A DNA stretch of 64,000 nucleotides from Takakia lepidozioides (GCA_030704615.1 CM060731.1:81778001-81842000); one strand, 5' to 3'; positions 1-13,231 are shown, numbered from the stretch's first letter. The notes: generated from the sequence alone by a model not told the origin. Translations and numbers: made by a program.

Positions 1-88
1 ACAGCAGGGGCATGGGATGGAGGCTTTGGAGACCTATGAGCAAATGTTGGGGGAAGGGGTGAAGCCCAACCGCATCACGTTTGTGTGC
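1..88 (+). pseudogene. PPR motif fragment (PLS-class)
   Basis: Translates QQGHGMEALETYEQMLGEGVKPNRITFVC, a typical PPR motif. Similarity stops at ~88; 5' part lies outside the window. Confidence 0.75.
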
Positions 89-589
89 AAGCTCCAGATT
101 ACCTATGATTCCCTGTGGATCAATATCTACTACCAACTTGCATGGGTAGATGGTCAACTAGAAGCTGCAGTAGCAGCGGCACAATTGATAAAATCAGGCA
201 CTGCTAATGAAGGCACCTTCTTCAACACATTCCACCCTGTTTTTCCCTCTTATCAGAATCGGCCGTGTTGAATTCTGCAAGTTAGCTGGTTGAGTGAACC
301 TTTGATAGTTTGGAGTGACTGACATGATACTGCCAATGTGACAACTGAAAGTATCCAGAAACAGGTAACAGAGATAAGGAGAAGATGTGGAATGAATACT
401 TTTATGACCCCAGTCAATGGTAGGACGATCGAGGCAAGAAGGTGAATGCCTGTTGGATTATAGAGAGTAGCAGATGCAATTGAGCATAGGAACTAGTGTG
501 ATAAGTAGGATTGGGGTGTTTGCTGGAACAACTCTAGGCTGTCATTGCAACAAGCCAAAGATGAATGTCCGATTTGTAGGGTGACATAC

Positions 590-853
590 CCTATTGCTGA
601 AATCTGGCCCTCTTGGATGAATCTGGACCTTCAGCTATCCATGGATTACAAAAAGTAGTAGATGCAATTGAGCATAACTAGAGTGATAAGTTGAGTTGGG
701 TGTTTCCTAGAACAGATGTAAGCTATCATTGTCAGCTGCTAGCAGCAAAGCAAGGATGTATGCATGGTTTGTGCAGAGGCATGGATAGCTGAAGGAGCAG
801 GGATGGAATGTGGGTCCAGATTCATCCAAGAGGGCCGGATTTCAAGCATAAGG
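590..853. repeat. Long imperfect inverted repeat (MITE/foldback-like)
   Basis: aatctggccctcttggatgaatctggacc (601-629) pairs with ggtccagattcatccaagagggccggatt (813-841); ccttcagctatccatg (628-643) pairs with catggatagctgaagg (780-795). Confidence 0.7.
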
Positions 854-1139
854 TTACCTATGATTCCCTGTGGATCAATAGCTACAAGAAACCTGCATGG
901 GTAGATGTCTATCACCGACCAAAAGGCAGAAAGTAGTTCATGGCTTTTAGCATGCCTGCGGAGACGTAGTGTAGATATAGTATGTCACCCTTTATCATGG
1001 CTGGATTTTGTTGACTCTATTCCAATACTTACTGTCTTGGATTCTATTCTGTTTTTTGAATGGTGAATCTTCAAGAATATTTGGATTTGCAGATTCACTT
1101 CGAATGTATGGGAATTGTAGGAGAATTATATGGGAATGT

Positions 1140-2006
1140 ATGAATCACTTACACACCACTCTGGCAATGGTATATGTAAGACTGTGACAGTATGCAAGAG
1201 TGGTTGTACTCCTCCAGATGTAGCCCCAATCACTTACATACCACTTTGGTAGTAATAATTCAAAAACATGGTTCCTACTTGGTGGGACACACTGGATGAC
1301 TTCGTCAGTGGTTTAAGTACACAACCTAATCACTACATCAATACTGGTAGAACCACTTCGTTAGTGGTTTTAGCACACAACCTAACCACTACATTGATAC
1401 TAATAGAACCACTCAGTAAGTGGTTTTAGCACACATCAATACTATTAGAACCACACATTCAGTGATAATATACATTGTTTATTCTCGAATCATGACTATT
1501 AGAGTCATTTAAGTCTCACTCACAGAGTTGTTTGGGAAGTCATTGCATTTTTCAGCACATCCCTAAAATAGGGCACGTGCTCATTTGCAATATTGCCATG
1601 TGTTCAGATAATGGAGCCTATAATCGTCTAACTGGATTCGGCCACGTGTCCATATGGATACGGACACGTGTCCGTCCATTGCTAAGTATGATCGACGGAG
1701 TTGTTGCGTCCACGTCGCATACGGTGGAAGTGGTCTATGTTCTGAAGTGGTTAGTTTACCACTGTGACACGTCATAAGTGGTTAGTTTACCATTGTGACA
1801 CGTAAGCGAACAACTGGACTTGGAGGCAAGTGATCGTAACCATTGTCTTTAACCACTTCGGACATGTCATGTCTTTAACCACTGCTGAGTCAAGATCCAC
1901 TGGTTCTAGACCACTCTGGGGCCAGAGCGGTTGGGTGTCTTTTCCCACTCAAAACACTCAAAATGAGTGGTTGCCAGAGTGGTTATTCCGCGTTTTTCCT
2001 CTAGTG
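1140..2006. mobile_element. Right end of a CACTA DNA transposon (family A), left end not seen
   Basis: Ends ...cgcgtttttcctctagtg (reverse complement CACTAGAGGAAAAACGCG). Dense AACCACT/AGTGGTT subterminal repeats in both orientations. Confidence 0.7.
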
Positions 2007-2128
2007 AGAGTAGCAAGTGTTGCTGCTCTCAGCTCCGCCCCACCAGAGAGGGTGCAAGAAAAATAAAATAAAAGGTGGGGGGGAGTGACTAAGTAGCAGC
2101 AGCTGCTCAGTCACCCCCCCCCCCGCCC

Positions 2129-2357
2129 CAGGATGTTGTTGGCAACCCTCATAGAGGTATTTTTTCATGTCAATAAAAGAGGAATGAAAAAACCAAAAAA
2201 ACCATCCTAAAGGTAATTCAGTGTCAATCCTGGTGGCTCATCCGATATGGATGAAAAAGCCGATAGAGGATGGATGAGCCTCTGTCAAAACTTCATCCAG
2301 TATAGGTGAAAAGCCAGGAAATCAACACTGATAACAAACTGCCGGTTCCCAGTAGAG
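2129..2357 (+). mobile_element. Isolated copy of the right end of the CACTA family B element
   Basis: Close match to 21501-21757, including TCATCC/GGATGA subterminal motifs and the terminus gccggttcccagtagag. Confidence 0.75.
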
Positions 2358-4521
2358 AGGGAGACAGAAGGAGAGAGGGGGCAACAAAGAAGAAAAAAGA
2401 AGGTGGGGGGGGAGTGACTGAGCAGCAGCCATCTTGCCACCCAAAACAGGGCACCATCTAACATTTCCATTCTTGTCATAACTTCCCATGAATTGACATC
2501 ACCCAATTAGTCATGATAAAACAGGGTGGGAGGGCGAGGTTTGTTCATGTAGGGGATGCAAGCATCTTGAACACCCGAGATCTGGCCATCTTGGCCAATG
2601 AATCATTAAATTGCAGGTTACGAGCCTGGTATCATGACAAGGTCAGAATCACTGATTGCAGCACCTTACCTTATCAGCATAGGGTCATGCATCAAGCAAA
2701 GCATAAGGACCAACCTGCAATATTTCAGAATCATGACATGCCTCCAAGCAATCCACTTGGGCATGATAAAACAGATTCCATACCATTTGTAATCACCCCA
2801 AGACGTGTAATCATACAAGGCGTCAAGGGAATGTGAGATCAGTCTGTCATATTACAAATTCAAAGACATGTACACACAAGCATCTTGAAAACTCAGATTG
2901 CAGGTCATAGGCCTGATGTCATGACAAGGCCAAGACTATAGGTAGGATTCCATTACAGCTTACTATCCTCATCCTTCAAGAGGTCCATGCTAAAGCTTGC
3001 AAAGAACACCTCACTATGATCCATCACACACCAGAAACAAGCCCGAAAAGGAGCAGTTCGGTTCCTTATCAGGCTGTCGCCATAAAATTCAAAGCCACCA
3101 TGTCCTTAGAGCCCCAAACCTGCCGAAGCAGCCCCCATAAAACCAGCTCCTCTATGGCCCAAAGAACTTACAACCTAGCTCAATAATCCACAGGCCCTGC
3201 TGTCAAAAATCAAAAGATAGGGTATGGTTTGTATGCAGGCCTCAGGAAACAGGCCAGACAGGTTGAGCTGCCCATCGACGGCAGAACGACAAAAGCCAAA
3301 ACATAGACTGCAACATGCCAAACCAGGAGCAGTCGGGTTGAAATCGGGGCTGCAGGCAGCAGCCATCTCAAAGCGCAATAACTCACATGTCTCCTTAGCC
3401 CATATCCCAACTGCATGCTCAAGAAACTTCAAAGTAGGTGAGGATCCTCACCTGGTCCCATCACAAGCCCCCACAAAATCACGGATTAGTGTTGTGGAAC
3501 CCCAGGTGAATCACAGACCCTCACACTTGTCATCGATGTCAACTAAGAAACTCAAAAGCAAGAGAAGAAGATAAGAACACAAGGATCCTCAGACTCCAAA
3601 GGCACCTTAAGCGATTGGGGATGAGGGTTATGCGCCAACACCACCCGCAACAAGCCTCCTCCACAAAGCACATGAGCAATGAAGCAAAGCAGACAAACTC
3701 GCAAGGCAATAGAAAGGAGGGAGAGAGACTTCCCAACACAAATGCCCTTGCTAAACTTAAAAGCCAAAGGAGGGAAGATGCCACTGCATTCACAGCAGTG
3801 TTTCTCGTTGCAAGAGAGACAAGGCGCCGCCTTCGCGCCTCCCCAGACGCTCGTCCAGCACGGGTACGACACCACAAATGGGGCAACGACGCAATGGTGT
3901 GAGCGCGCGAGCGTACGCTCACGCTAGCTGACATGGCGTGAGCCTGCACCCACGCTGACGTGGCGTGAGCGTCATGTCAGCAGGCTGATGTGGCGGCAAA
4001 TGATGACGTGGCACTGCGCCGTCATCTGCCACATCAGCATTAACATGCGTCACCTATAACCGAGGATGGTCCTATGACCGTGGGATTAATGCAGGGAATC
4101 CTTGGCTGAATACAATCAAGACTACCATGAGGCCTATAATTGTAGCATCCAACATTGTGCAATTACAAATGTTTCTTTCACTTTTACAATTACGAGGACA
4201 AGAAAGTATCCTCATAAACTGTGCGCCATAGAGGCTGCCAAGGGAAGACCTTGCTCCCTCCCCAAATAACAATGAGAGTTAGGATCATCTTCAAAAGATG
4301 ATTGCAGTGCATAGCGATAGGAAGACATGTAGACTTCGAACGGTGCAATGATGCATGTGCTTATAAAAGTTGTCACTCAGAGCTCACTCAGTATAGTTGA
4401 AAGCATAATGGAGGGATAAGGGACGCCATATCATTGCACCGCCGACGATGTTGCAAACGAATTGATTTGAATTTCACATTTCATAGCATGGTCGTCCACA
4501 TACCACATTGCATAGTTGATG

Positions 4522-6527
4522 CTACCCATATGTTGTATCCCGCTGCAATAGAGTATCGACCTCGTTGAAACTCGGAGTGGCCTGGTGAACGAAGTTGTCA
4601 CGTTTGGGATCGCAAACCATCCTCTTCAAAAATATGAAATACAAATGTTTGCAAGGTATGAATTTACATCTCTTGCCCAAACGGTTGATAGCATATTCAC
4701 AAAATCAGGACATGTGCAATTGCGGAAATTGGAAACTGTGATGTCGTAGGCCTTGTCATGAACAACAGATGTCGAAGTGATCATTGTGTACACCCGACCA
4801 TATCTTGGATCGGGCACTTCCGTGGTGCTTGCAACACGAGCTTGGAGCATTCTTGCGGACTCCACTTTGCCAAAGTGTTCAGCGGTTGGAGGGAAACACC
4901 GAACGAGCTTTCCATCTTGTTTGGTTGGCCACAAGTGAGGATTTGTCGGAGGGACCCGAGAGGACGCAAAAGTAGTAGCACATGCATGCAGTTGGGGTTG
5001 TCTCGCAAGGGAAAAGCGTGCCTCCTCCAGCATTGCAATCTCCTGACTTGTGAGATGTGTTCCCACCTTGACGGGCCAAATGGTTGGAGGAGCTGGCTTC
5101 ATCACCACGGAAGGACGCACAGTTCCATGCACACATCTGCCACAATCATCTGCGCAGAACCAGAACTTGTGGTTCTTGGCTTCTGGTTGACCGTATGGAC
5201 GCATCAAACCCGAGAAAGTTGGAGCAGGAGTTCGGGCACCACCTCTGGATATAGATGAAGTGCACTTCTCGAAATTAGTTGCCCTGATCGATGTACATTT
5301 CACACGAGACCCTGCACTTGTGCGTTCTATGTGCCAAATGTGGTCCGGGCATGCGGACTCAAGCACATCAAGGGGGTTGTTCCTCTCCTGCACCATTTCA
5401 GTGGCACTGTTTGATGCTGGAGCCTGCCGTCGTGTTGGAGGTTCCTCCAGAATGGAGGTTCCGGACATGAATCTGTCATGCAGGGGAACACGAGGCTTCG
5501 AGAAGTTATCACGGTCTGCCCTGTGCAAATCGGAATCCAAACCAGGTGGAGTGTTCAATTTCCTCTTACACGAGCCGAATCTCTCCTCCCCTTCAAGATG
5601 TGGAACTCTTGAAACAAGTGGCGTTCCCTGGGCATACATGCTCACTGCCCGTGCTATCTTGCTTGGATCCTCAGATTTGTTTGCAGCACACAACATCAAC
5701 TCCAATTTGTCCAGACCCTTTCCACCAACCCCACCTCGCAAGAAATCATGGTATCGGGTTTGTTGTTGCAAGGCACGTATCAAATCATCTGTTGTTGCCA
5801 CATACAAATCCCGACCTCGTTTCCCAGAGTGTTGCAACCATGTGTTGTGCACAGTCTCTGCCAAATTGCAAGATGGCATGTCCGCCATTTCCTCAATGGA
5901 CATGTTTTGCAAAGTGGAGAACCACACTTCAGAACAGTGCAAAGGAAACAACATAAAGAAAGCAAGGAGTCAAAAATATGGAAAGCAAAAGTATGAATAA
6001 AGCAAGAAATAGAAGCCTCGTACCATTGTCATGGCTGCTCCCCACTGTCTGTACCGGAAGTGCCAAAACGCCAGCCAATCTTCCAATGCTCTCATACTCT
6101 TAAGCGATGCAGCTCCAGAAGAGAACCACCAGGCACGAATTGTCTGGAACAAAGTGTCCGCCTCCTTCATTGTTCTAGTATCTTTGTACTTTTTGCACAA
6201 TTTACGATGCTGAGTCTGCATCTCTGGTTTGATGTCCGACTTTGTATGTTTCTCCAGAGATTGTGTCCAATGGAATAGACATGTACGCTCTCTTCCCGGC
6301 ATTGGCACTTTGGGTTCGCCCGATCCGAAGACAATTCGAACAGCATTGAAATTCGCCTGAGCACTATCCGCCATGAAACCTGCAAAATTTGGAGATGGCA
6401 CCCCATGGCAGCCCATAACACGTATCAGGGAATTCCACATGAGCTTCTGGGATTCCGTATCCTCGGATTGCATGTCACAAACTGCAATTGTCATAACTCG
6501 TTGGTACACTGGATCGTAGACATGACA
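4522..6527 (-). mobile_element. MULE (Mutator-like) transposase with C-terminal SWIM zinc finger; 5' part lost, decayed
   Basis: FMADSAQANFNAVR and RTCLFHW (MULE DDE core D and CxxH), SCNLAETVHN (E). SWIM CTCPDF...PCKHLYF continues across a frameshift near 4680. Probable intron ~5908-6023 with a decayed acceptor. Confidence 0.75.
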
Positions 6528-7723
6528 TGTCGCGCACCTCACTTCGGTAAGCTCCCCTTCAAGTCATAGTTACTCGCTTTGATGCGCGCGCCTGACTCCC
6601 AACCTGGCCGCCCGGTGAGTCCTATGCCACCCCCACTAAGTCCCGCTAAGCTACCACCACCCCTTGTGGAGCCACCCCCACCGCAACCCGGTGTGCGGGG
6701 CTCCACCTAGTGAGCACCTCCGCCTCCTTGAGTGCCTTGGGCACTCAAGGGTGCTTCAGCCCTCCCATACCTATCGCTGCCACTGCCCCCACCACAGGGG
6801 CAGCCCCTCATGTGTCCCGACCCCCTGCCCTCAAGGCAAAGGGCCGCGACACACACCCCTACCAACAGGGAGTCGATGTCCTCATCAACTTGTCCATTTT
6901 GTAGAAACGAACATCCAAGTTGTGGCGTCCCACATCAAGGAGTTTGTTTCTGTACCATGGCGTCCCATGGCAAAGAACCAAACCCCACACTTGACTCTAC
7001 TCTCCACTAGCTAGTTCGGCCGACTTTCTCCAAGTCCCGGCCAAGGGTGGAGCCTCTCCAGCTCCTCCCAGTGCACTCTTCTTGGCCTACTTCAAGGCCA
7101 AGGAACGATCCTCCCCGAGGATCGAATCCCCTTACTGCAACAACATTGCTTGTGATCGCTCATGATGCCGCTTTTGGCATCACCTTGAGCAAGGGTTCAC
7201 CTGGAACCCTCTTTGACTAGGAAGATAACCTTGAACCAACCGTGCGCCCCAATCACTACAATTGGGTCCGCCTTGGAATGCTGGTCTGAGGTACGGGAAC
7301 ACGCCGAAGCCGCACTACGACTTCGTCCTGAGGCTACACGATTATAGTACGTGAACGGAAGCACGTAGCTTCCACGTTAGCCCGCACTACAAGGCAACCC
7401 CCTCGGTAGCGCAGTTATAGTACGCGCACGCGCCAGGTGCGCACTAGCACGTGAACTCCCAAAGAAGGCGCAAGTTTCCTTGCCCCTTGGATGGGAGTCA
7501 CCCAATTTCGGCACTGCGCAAACACACGATTAACCCAATTTACCTCTCCCACTTTTGTAACCTAGCATGCATTCTACACACTAGCCAACCACATCATGCA
7601 TCACCATTCCAAACACAATAGGACGCACAATATTTGGAACCTATTTTCTTTATAACAAATTTTTGTACAATACAAGTTTTTGCAATCGGATTCCTGAGCT
7701 AGCTAAACCGGGCTAAGCATGCA
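6528..7723 (-). repeat. Putative 3' LTR (~1.2 kb)
   Basis: On the minus strand, PPT tgggggaggaaa is followed by TG (7723); the segment ends ...gcgcgaCA (6528) exactly where MULE coding sequence resumes. No second LTR available to confirm. Confidence 0.65.
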
Positions 7724-7757
7724 TTTCCTCCCCCACGCTCCAAGGTTGATGTCCCCA

Positions 7758-10700
7758 TCAACGCTTCTTCCGCTTTTGAGGTCGCCCTTCGAAAGCTGCA
7801 ACCGCCTCGGATGCGTTTCCCATTTCTGAGGCACGCACCCAAGATGCCTCCACATGATGATAGCCCTTCCATTTGACGAGATACTCCGTTTCTCGGTTCC
7901 TGAACCTCCTCGACTTAAGTATTGCCTCCACCTCGTACTCAGGTTCATTTTCATGATCCAACAGCATAGGTGGCGGACGCAACACTTGATGCCGATTCGG
8001 ACGCGCTTCATCTTTGAAGTAAGGTTTCAAAAGGGAGACATGGAATACTGGGTGCACCTTGCTGTTTGCCGGCAGCTCCAATTCATACACATCCTCATTC
8101 ATAACCTTCCGAATGCGAAAGGGTCCCGCATACGGAGGTACGAACTTCGGACTCACTCCCGGAGGTAGTCGGAAATTCTTGATGTTCAACCAGACCTCTG
8201 TGCCTGCCTCAAACTTCACTTCCCTCCGCTTCCGATTCGCCTGCCTTTCATACCGTTTCCTAGCTTTGGCAATATTGCACTTTGCGAGCTTCAACAAACG
8301 CTCGCGTTCTTCCAGTACCGCCGCTACTGCCGGTTCCTCAACGTCCTGGGCGGCCCAACTTGTCGGCACCAGAGGTGCTTTTCCATAGACCAATACGAAA
8401 GGGGAAACTCCCGTTGCGGAGTGTTATGTGTTATTATAATAGAACTCTGCCGCGTCTAAGTGTTCCATCTAGTCTGATTGGTCTGCCGACACGTAATTCC
8501 ACAAGAATTGCTTCACTACGGAATTCACTCTTTCCGTTTGGCCGTCCGTCGTAGGTCGGAAGGCGGTGCTCATCTTCAGCCTCGTCCCCATCTTCTTCCA
8601 AAGTGTCCTCCAAAATTTACTCGTAAACTTTGGATCGTTATCCGAGACAATATCCTTCGGGACTCCATGATGCTTTAAGACGTGGGCGAAGTAAAGTTGC
8701 CCTGTATCCTGCGCCGTTGCCCTCTCTTTGGTGGGGATGAAATGGCCCATTTTACTGAACCTATCCACCACCACCATGATTGCATCGAATCCTTTTGACA
8801 GCGGCATAGCAGTCATGAAATCCATCGAGATGCTTTCCCAAGTCCCCTCTGGAATCGGCAAGGGTTGTAACAGCCCCGCTTGCTTTTTGTACTTGCTCCG
8901 GTTTTGTTGGCATGTGGTGCATGTCTTGACATACTCCTCTGCCTCCTCCCTCAGTTTGGGCCAGAAATACTCTTTCTTCAGGAGTGCCGCAGTGCGCTTG
9001 GCTCCGCCGTGGCCCGCAAACGGGCTATCATGGCATTCTCTCAAGAGGCTATCTCTGATCCCTCCCTTCGGCACGTAGAGACGCTTTTGCTTATACTGGA
9101 GCAACCCATTTTGCAAGTGGAACTGTGATTTAACCCCCATTCTCAAGTCCTGCATCACGGACTTTGCCAGCTCATCCTTCCGGCAAGCCTTCCGGATCTT
9201 CCTTTGGAGCGCCGTCTCGCCCTTGTACACCAACAAGAGCTGCTGCTTTCTACTTAAAGCATCGGCCACCACATTGTCCCGTCCCGGTTTGTACTGGATA
9301 TCCACGTCGAACACCGCCAAAGTATCTTGCCACCTAAGTTGTTTTGGGGACAACTTGGGCTGCGTGGCAAAATACTTCACTGTGACATTGTCCGTGAACA
9401 CCTTCACTGGGTTGGAACCAACATAGTGGCGCCAAAGCTCAAGGCAATGCACCACCGCCTTCATCTCTTTTTCGTGCATCGGCCACCATCGCTCCACTTC
9501 ATTCAGTTTCTTACTTTCGTAAGCCACTGGACGTCCATCTTGCATAAGTACACCCCCAATCGCGAAGTCCGACGCATCTGTATGAATCTCAAATGGACGA
9601 TCGAACTCCGGGATTTTCAAGACTGGAGCTTCCGCCATCCGCTGCTTCAATTCAGCAAAAGCTTGGCCACAAAAGGTGTTCCATACCCAGATTTTGGATT
9701 TACACAGAAGGTCCGACAGCGGCCCCGCGATCTTGGCGAAATTTCTCACATACTTCCGGTAATAGGAGGCGAGTCCTAGGAAGGATCGCACTGATCCCAT
9801 CCTGTGTAATCACATGCCCCAGGAACTCCACTTTTATGACCCCGAATTCGCACTTTGAAGCTTTGGCATACAGCTTCCCTTCCCGCAATTTTTGGAACAC
9901 CCTTTTGAGGTGCTCCAGGTGCTCCTCCTTTGTTTTCGAGTACACCAAGATGTCGTCGATGTACACGATCACAAAGTCATCCAACCACTCTTGGAAAAGG
10001 CTGTTCATCAGCGTGCTAAATGTCGCTGGTGCATTGGTGAGCCCAAAAGGCATCACCAAGAACTCATATGAACCATACCTTGTCCTGCACGCGGTCTTCT
10101 CCTCATCTCCTTCCGCCACCCGAATTTGGTGATAGCTGGAGCGCAAGTCGATCCGGCTGAAATACTTCGCTCCTGCCAACCGATCGAAGAGGTCGTCGAT
10201 CCTTGGCAAAGGGTATCGGTTTTTGATAGTCACCTTATTCAGAGCCCTGTAATCGACACACATCCGCAGCGTCCCATCCTTCTTGTCTGCAAATAGCACC
10301 GGGGCTCCGTAAGGTGACTTACTCGGCCGGATGTACCCCTTTGACATTAGATCCTTGAGCTGAGTCTTCAGCTCGACCAACTCTCTGTGGCTCAACCGGT
10401 AGGGCGCCTTGGCAGGCGGTTCCGATCCCGGTATCACCTCAATCTTGTGGTCAACTCCTCTCCGCGGTGGCAAGCCGCTTGGTAAATCCTCCGGCATCAC
10501 ATCCTGGTATTTCTCCAAAATCCCCTTGATCCAATCTGGGCTTGGCTCCCCATCGCCTTCTCCTTTCACATCTCTAATGTAAAGCAAAAACTGGGGCTCG
10601 TGTGCCTCCTCCACGGCCCACTTCTTTGCTGACAGAAGGTTTATTCGCCCTCCCACGGATTTGGGCGTTTCAGACACTCGTAAAACCTCGCCACCATTCC

Positions 10701-12247
10701 CACATGACAGCGTGACTACTCTCTTGCGGCCATCTATGACCGCTCCGGATTTGCTCAAAAAGGTCATCCCCAAAATGAGATCCACTCCATCGATCTTGCA
10801 AATGGTGAAGTTCTCACGTCCCTCCCAACTCCCCAGTTGAAGAGGAACATCAATCGCCAACCTTGTCGCCAACTGTGGTTCTCCTTTGGCAGAACGCACC
10901 TCAATAGAGGCCCCCACGTCACTTGTCGGGAGTCCCAGCTTTTGTGCCGTTGCCGGTGTCATGAAGGAGTGCGACGCTCCTGTGTCCACCAACAACGACA
11001 CATTAGTTCCGGATATTATCCCATCCACGAACAATAACTGACTCCCTTTTCGTAAGGCGTCAGTTTCCTGATACAACTCACAAGAAAATTTGCCTATCTT
11101 GCAAGTCCTGGCGACCACCGCTTCCACCAAGCGACTGATGGTATCTTCCGACGGCTCCGTGGTCGCCCGAGTCATGTTCAATTGCCGGGGCTTCGTGCAC
11201 TTCTTGGCCATGTGCCCGGGCTCCCCGCAATTGAAACACACTCCATCAAAGGTCGCCTTCTGTCCGCCATACCCGCTTTTCCTTTCAAAGCTTCGGGTGC
11301 CGCCTTGACGTGTGAAGGCCCTCCCTTCGATTTCCACGTGCCATTGTCGCCGCGTGGCCTATCCCACTTCTTTTCCGGTCGGAAGGAGTCACCTTCCCGC
11401 CGAATCTTCTTGTGGTTTAGCTCCGTACGGCCTTGTCTTTCACCCCTAGGGACATCTGAGAAACATTCAGCCCTCTCAATAGCCTCGTTCAAAGTCTTGG
11501 GTGGCTTCTCCTCCAACTTCCGCCTGGCCCATGGGGCCAGCCCCGCCACAAAGTTGAAGACCATTTCTGGTTCTGCCATGTCCGCGACTTCGAGCAACAA
11601 CATATTGAAAGCCTGGACAACCCCCGAATGTCATCTGTTTGCTTCAAATTCCTCATCTTGTCCCGGGCAAGCCAGGACGCGTTGAGGGGCACAAACTGTC
11701 TCTTCATCAATTCCTTGAACCCACTCTAGTTCAAGGTTTCCGGGCTTGGACCTCGGTCGTGAAGGCGTTTCTGCCACCGTTGTTGAGCATAGCCCCTCAA
11801 ATAGGTGGGAGCCACTTCCACCCGATCCTTGTCACTCAACTTGGCCGCCCGGAAGTACTGCTCTAGCTCCAAGAGCCAGGTGTTGAGTGCCTTCCGATTT
11901 CGGACGCCCTCGAAGGTGCCGGGTTCCTTAGGCTTCACCTTAAACTTTGCCTTAGCGGAAGTGGCATTAGCCGCCTTCAACACGTCTTTCAACGTCCCGC
12001 CAAACTGCGCCAACAACCCTTCCCAAAAGGTTGCCGGCATGGGAGGCATCTCTTGGTTTGTCGGAGCTCTCAAGGATTCCTCGGGCTCCGACTCCTCGGA
12101 TTCCTCTCGCTCTTGGGCGGCCTCGTTTTCGGAAACATGCATCGCTTCCTCAAACGGCCGCCTCGGTGACACGCCGCCCCCATCGGGCTCACCGGGATCA
12201 TCATCTTTTGGGCCGTTCCGCTTTCGCTTCGGCTTGCCCGACCCCAT
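7758..12247 (-). pseudogene. gag-pol polyprotein (gag-PR-RT-RH-INT-chromodomain), disrupted
   Basis: ORFs 11726-12283, 11489-11710, 11178-11603, 9700-11337, 8469-9800 and 7758-8393 are colinear domain fragments. Confidence 0.92.
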
Positions 12248-12275
12248 GATGAGGCCAGTTGGAATGATTCTATTA

Positions 12276-12477
12276 TCACACACAACAGATTGATGCTTGT
12301 GTGAAGGGTTTTCTAGAGGATATCTGGAAAACCCGGATTAATTCCTTATATGATGGTAAGTCTTACTACCACCGTCAGCCCCTGACGGAGGTAGGTTCTG
12401 TTCCTTTTGTTCCCGCTCAAACTGGGCGCAGGGTCAATGGCCACAAGGCTACGGCATACAACGTCTTATGAGTACAA
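12276..12477 (+). mobile_element. 5'-truncated LINE 3' end (same family as 31006-35781)
   Basis: cagattgatgcttgtgtgaaggg...ggccacaaggctacggca...ttatgagtacaa matches 35590-35781. Confidence 0.9.
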
Positions 12478-12479
12478 TC

Positions 12480-12670
12480 TATAATCTCTACTCATAGAAT
12501 GGAAATAGTGTTGTCCTTCATCTACTAGGCCCATATGGCTGCATGCAGACAGATTTGCAATGAGTGTAACATCATTTGGCTTCACCCCTTGCTGTTTCAA
12601 AACTTGGTTGAAAAGTTGCAGAGCATCTTTGCCATGCCCTTGCTGAGAATATCCAAAGACCTGCTTGCCC
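12480..12670 (-). pseudogene. PLS-class PPR gene fragment
   Basis: GYSQQGHGKDALQLFNQVLKQQGVKPNDVTLIANLSACSHMGLVDEGQHYFHSMSRDY (P2-L2 motifs). Confidence 0.85.
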
Positions 12671-13231
12671 TCTTCTACAGCTGGGCACAAGGAGTGTCGT
12701 TGAGGCTGAAAAGGGGAAATTTGACCAGGTCATATCCGTTTGTGTTACTTCGAAGGTGTGGGCCAGCCTGCCAGAAGGTCAAAACAGGTGCATGCTGACA
12801 TATGAAAGTCTGGCGTCGTGGAGATTGTTGGCTGTGAGGTGGGGATGGGGTTATCATCTTTCCTGGTAAATGAAGATATGATTGACATATCTCCTCTCCC
12901 ATAAACTGTCACATTTCCTATAGGAAGTTCTTGTGACGCCCTTGACATGCTGTTGATGTGAATGAAAGCAGGCTGCAGTAGCAACAATGGAGAATTCAGG
13001 GTGTTTGGATTGGGGCAGAGCATACCATGGAAGAGAACAAGGGGCCCAATAGTTCGTGCAGTTGGGGGAGTTGATGTATGTACTTCCCCACACGGCCTTT
13101 GCCTCTCTTCACCATCTGTACCGAAGGTGCATAGATGGAACAAATCTCCAGTCTTTTGGTGTGCTCTTGTAATTCTGATATGCCCATAGACCCACTTCTC
13201 TCTCCTGTCTGTCTTGAGTTCCCCAACAAAA

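Larger units (their letters stand above)
6528..12275 (-). mobile_element. Ty3/gypsy chromovirus (Galadriel-like) lacking its 5' LTR, inserted in the MULE transposase
   Basis: gag (CX2CX4HX4C knuckle [14 protein letters not shown]), protease LVDTGAS, RT YIDD, RNase H TDAS, integrase HHCC plus DDE, GPF motif, chromodomain EYEVEAIL...YLVKWKGY. Several frameshifts and stops. Confidence 0.95.

Noticed and set aside
2072-2125. GC-rich hairpin as a Helitron 3' end
   Set aside because: No CTRR terminus at the expected distance and no TC 5' end identified.
5260-6000. 246-aa plus-strand ORF (and similar long ORFs at 15219-15878, 9593-10132, 11805-12293)
   Set aside because: Antisense shadows of MULE, CACTA and gypsy coding sequence; no independent motifs.
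12245-12275. aactggcctcatc (minus strand) as a PBS for the first gypsy
   Set aside because: Not preceded by the LTR end sequence (...gcgcgaca) and matches no tRNA 3' end I recognise.
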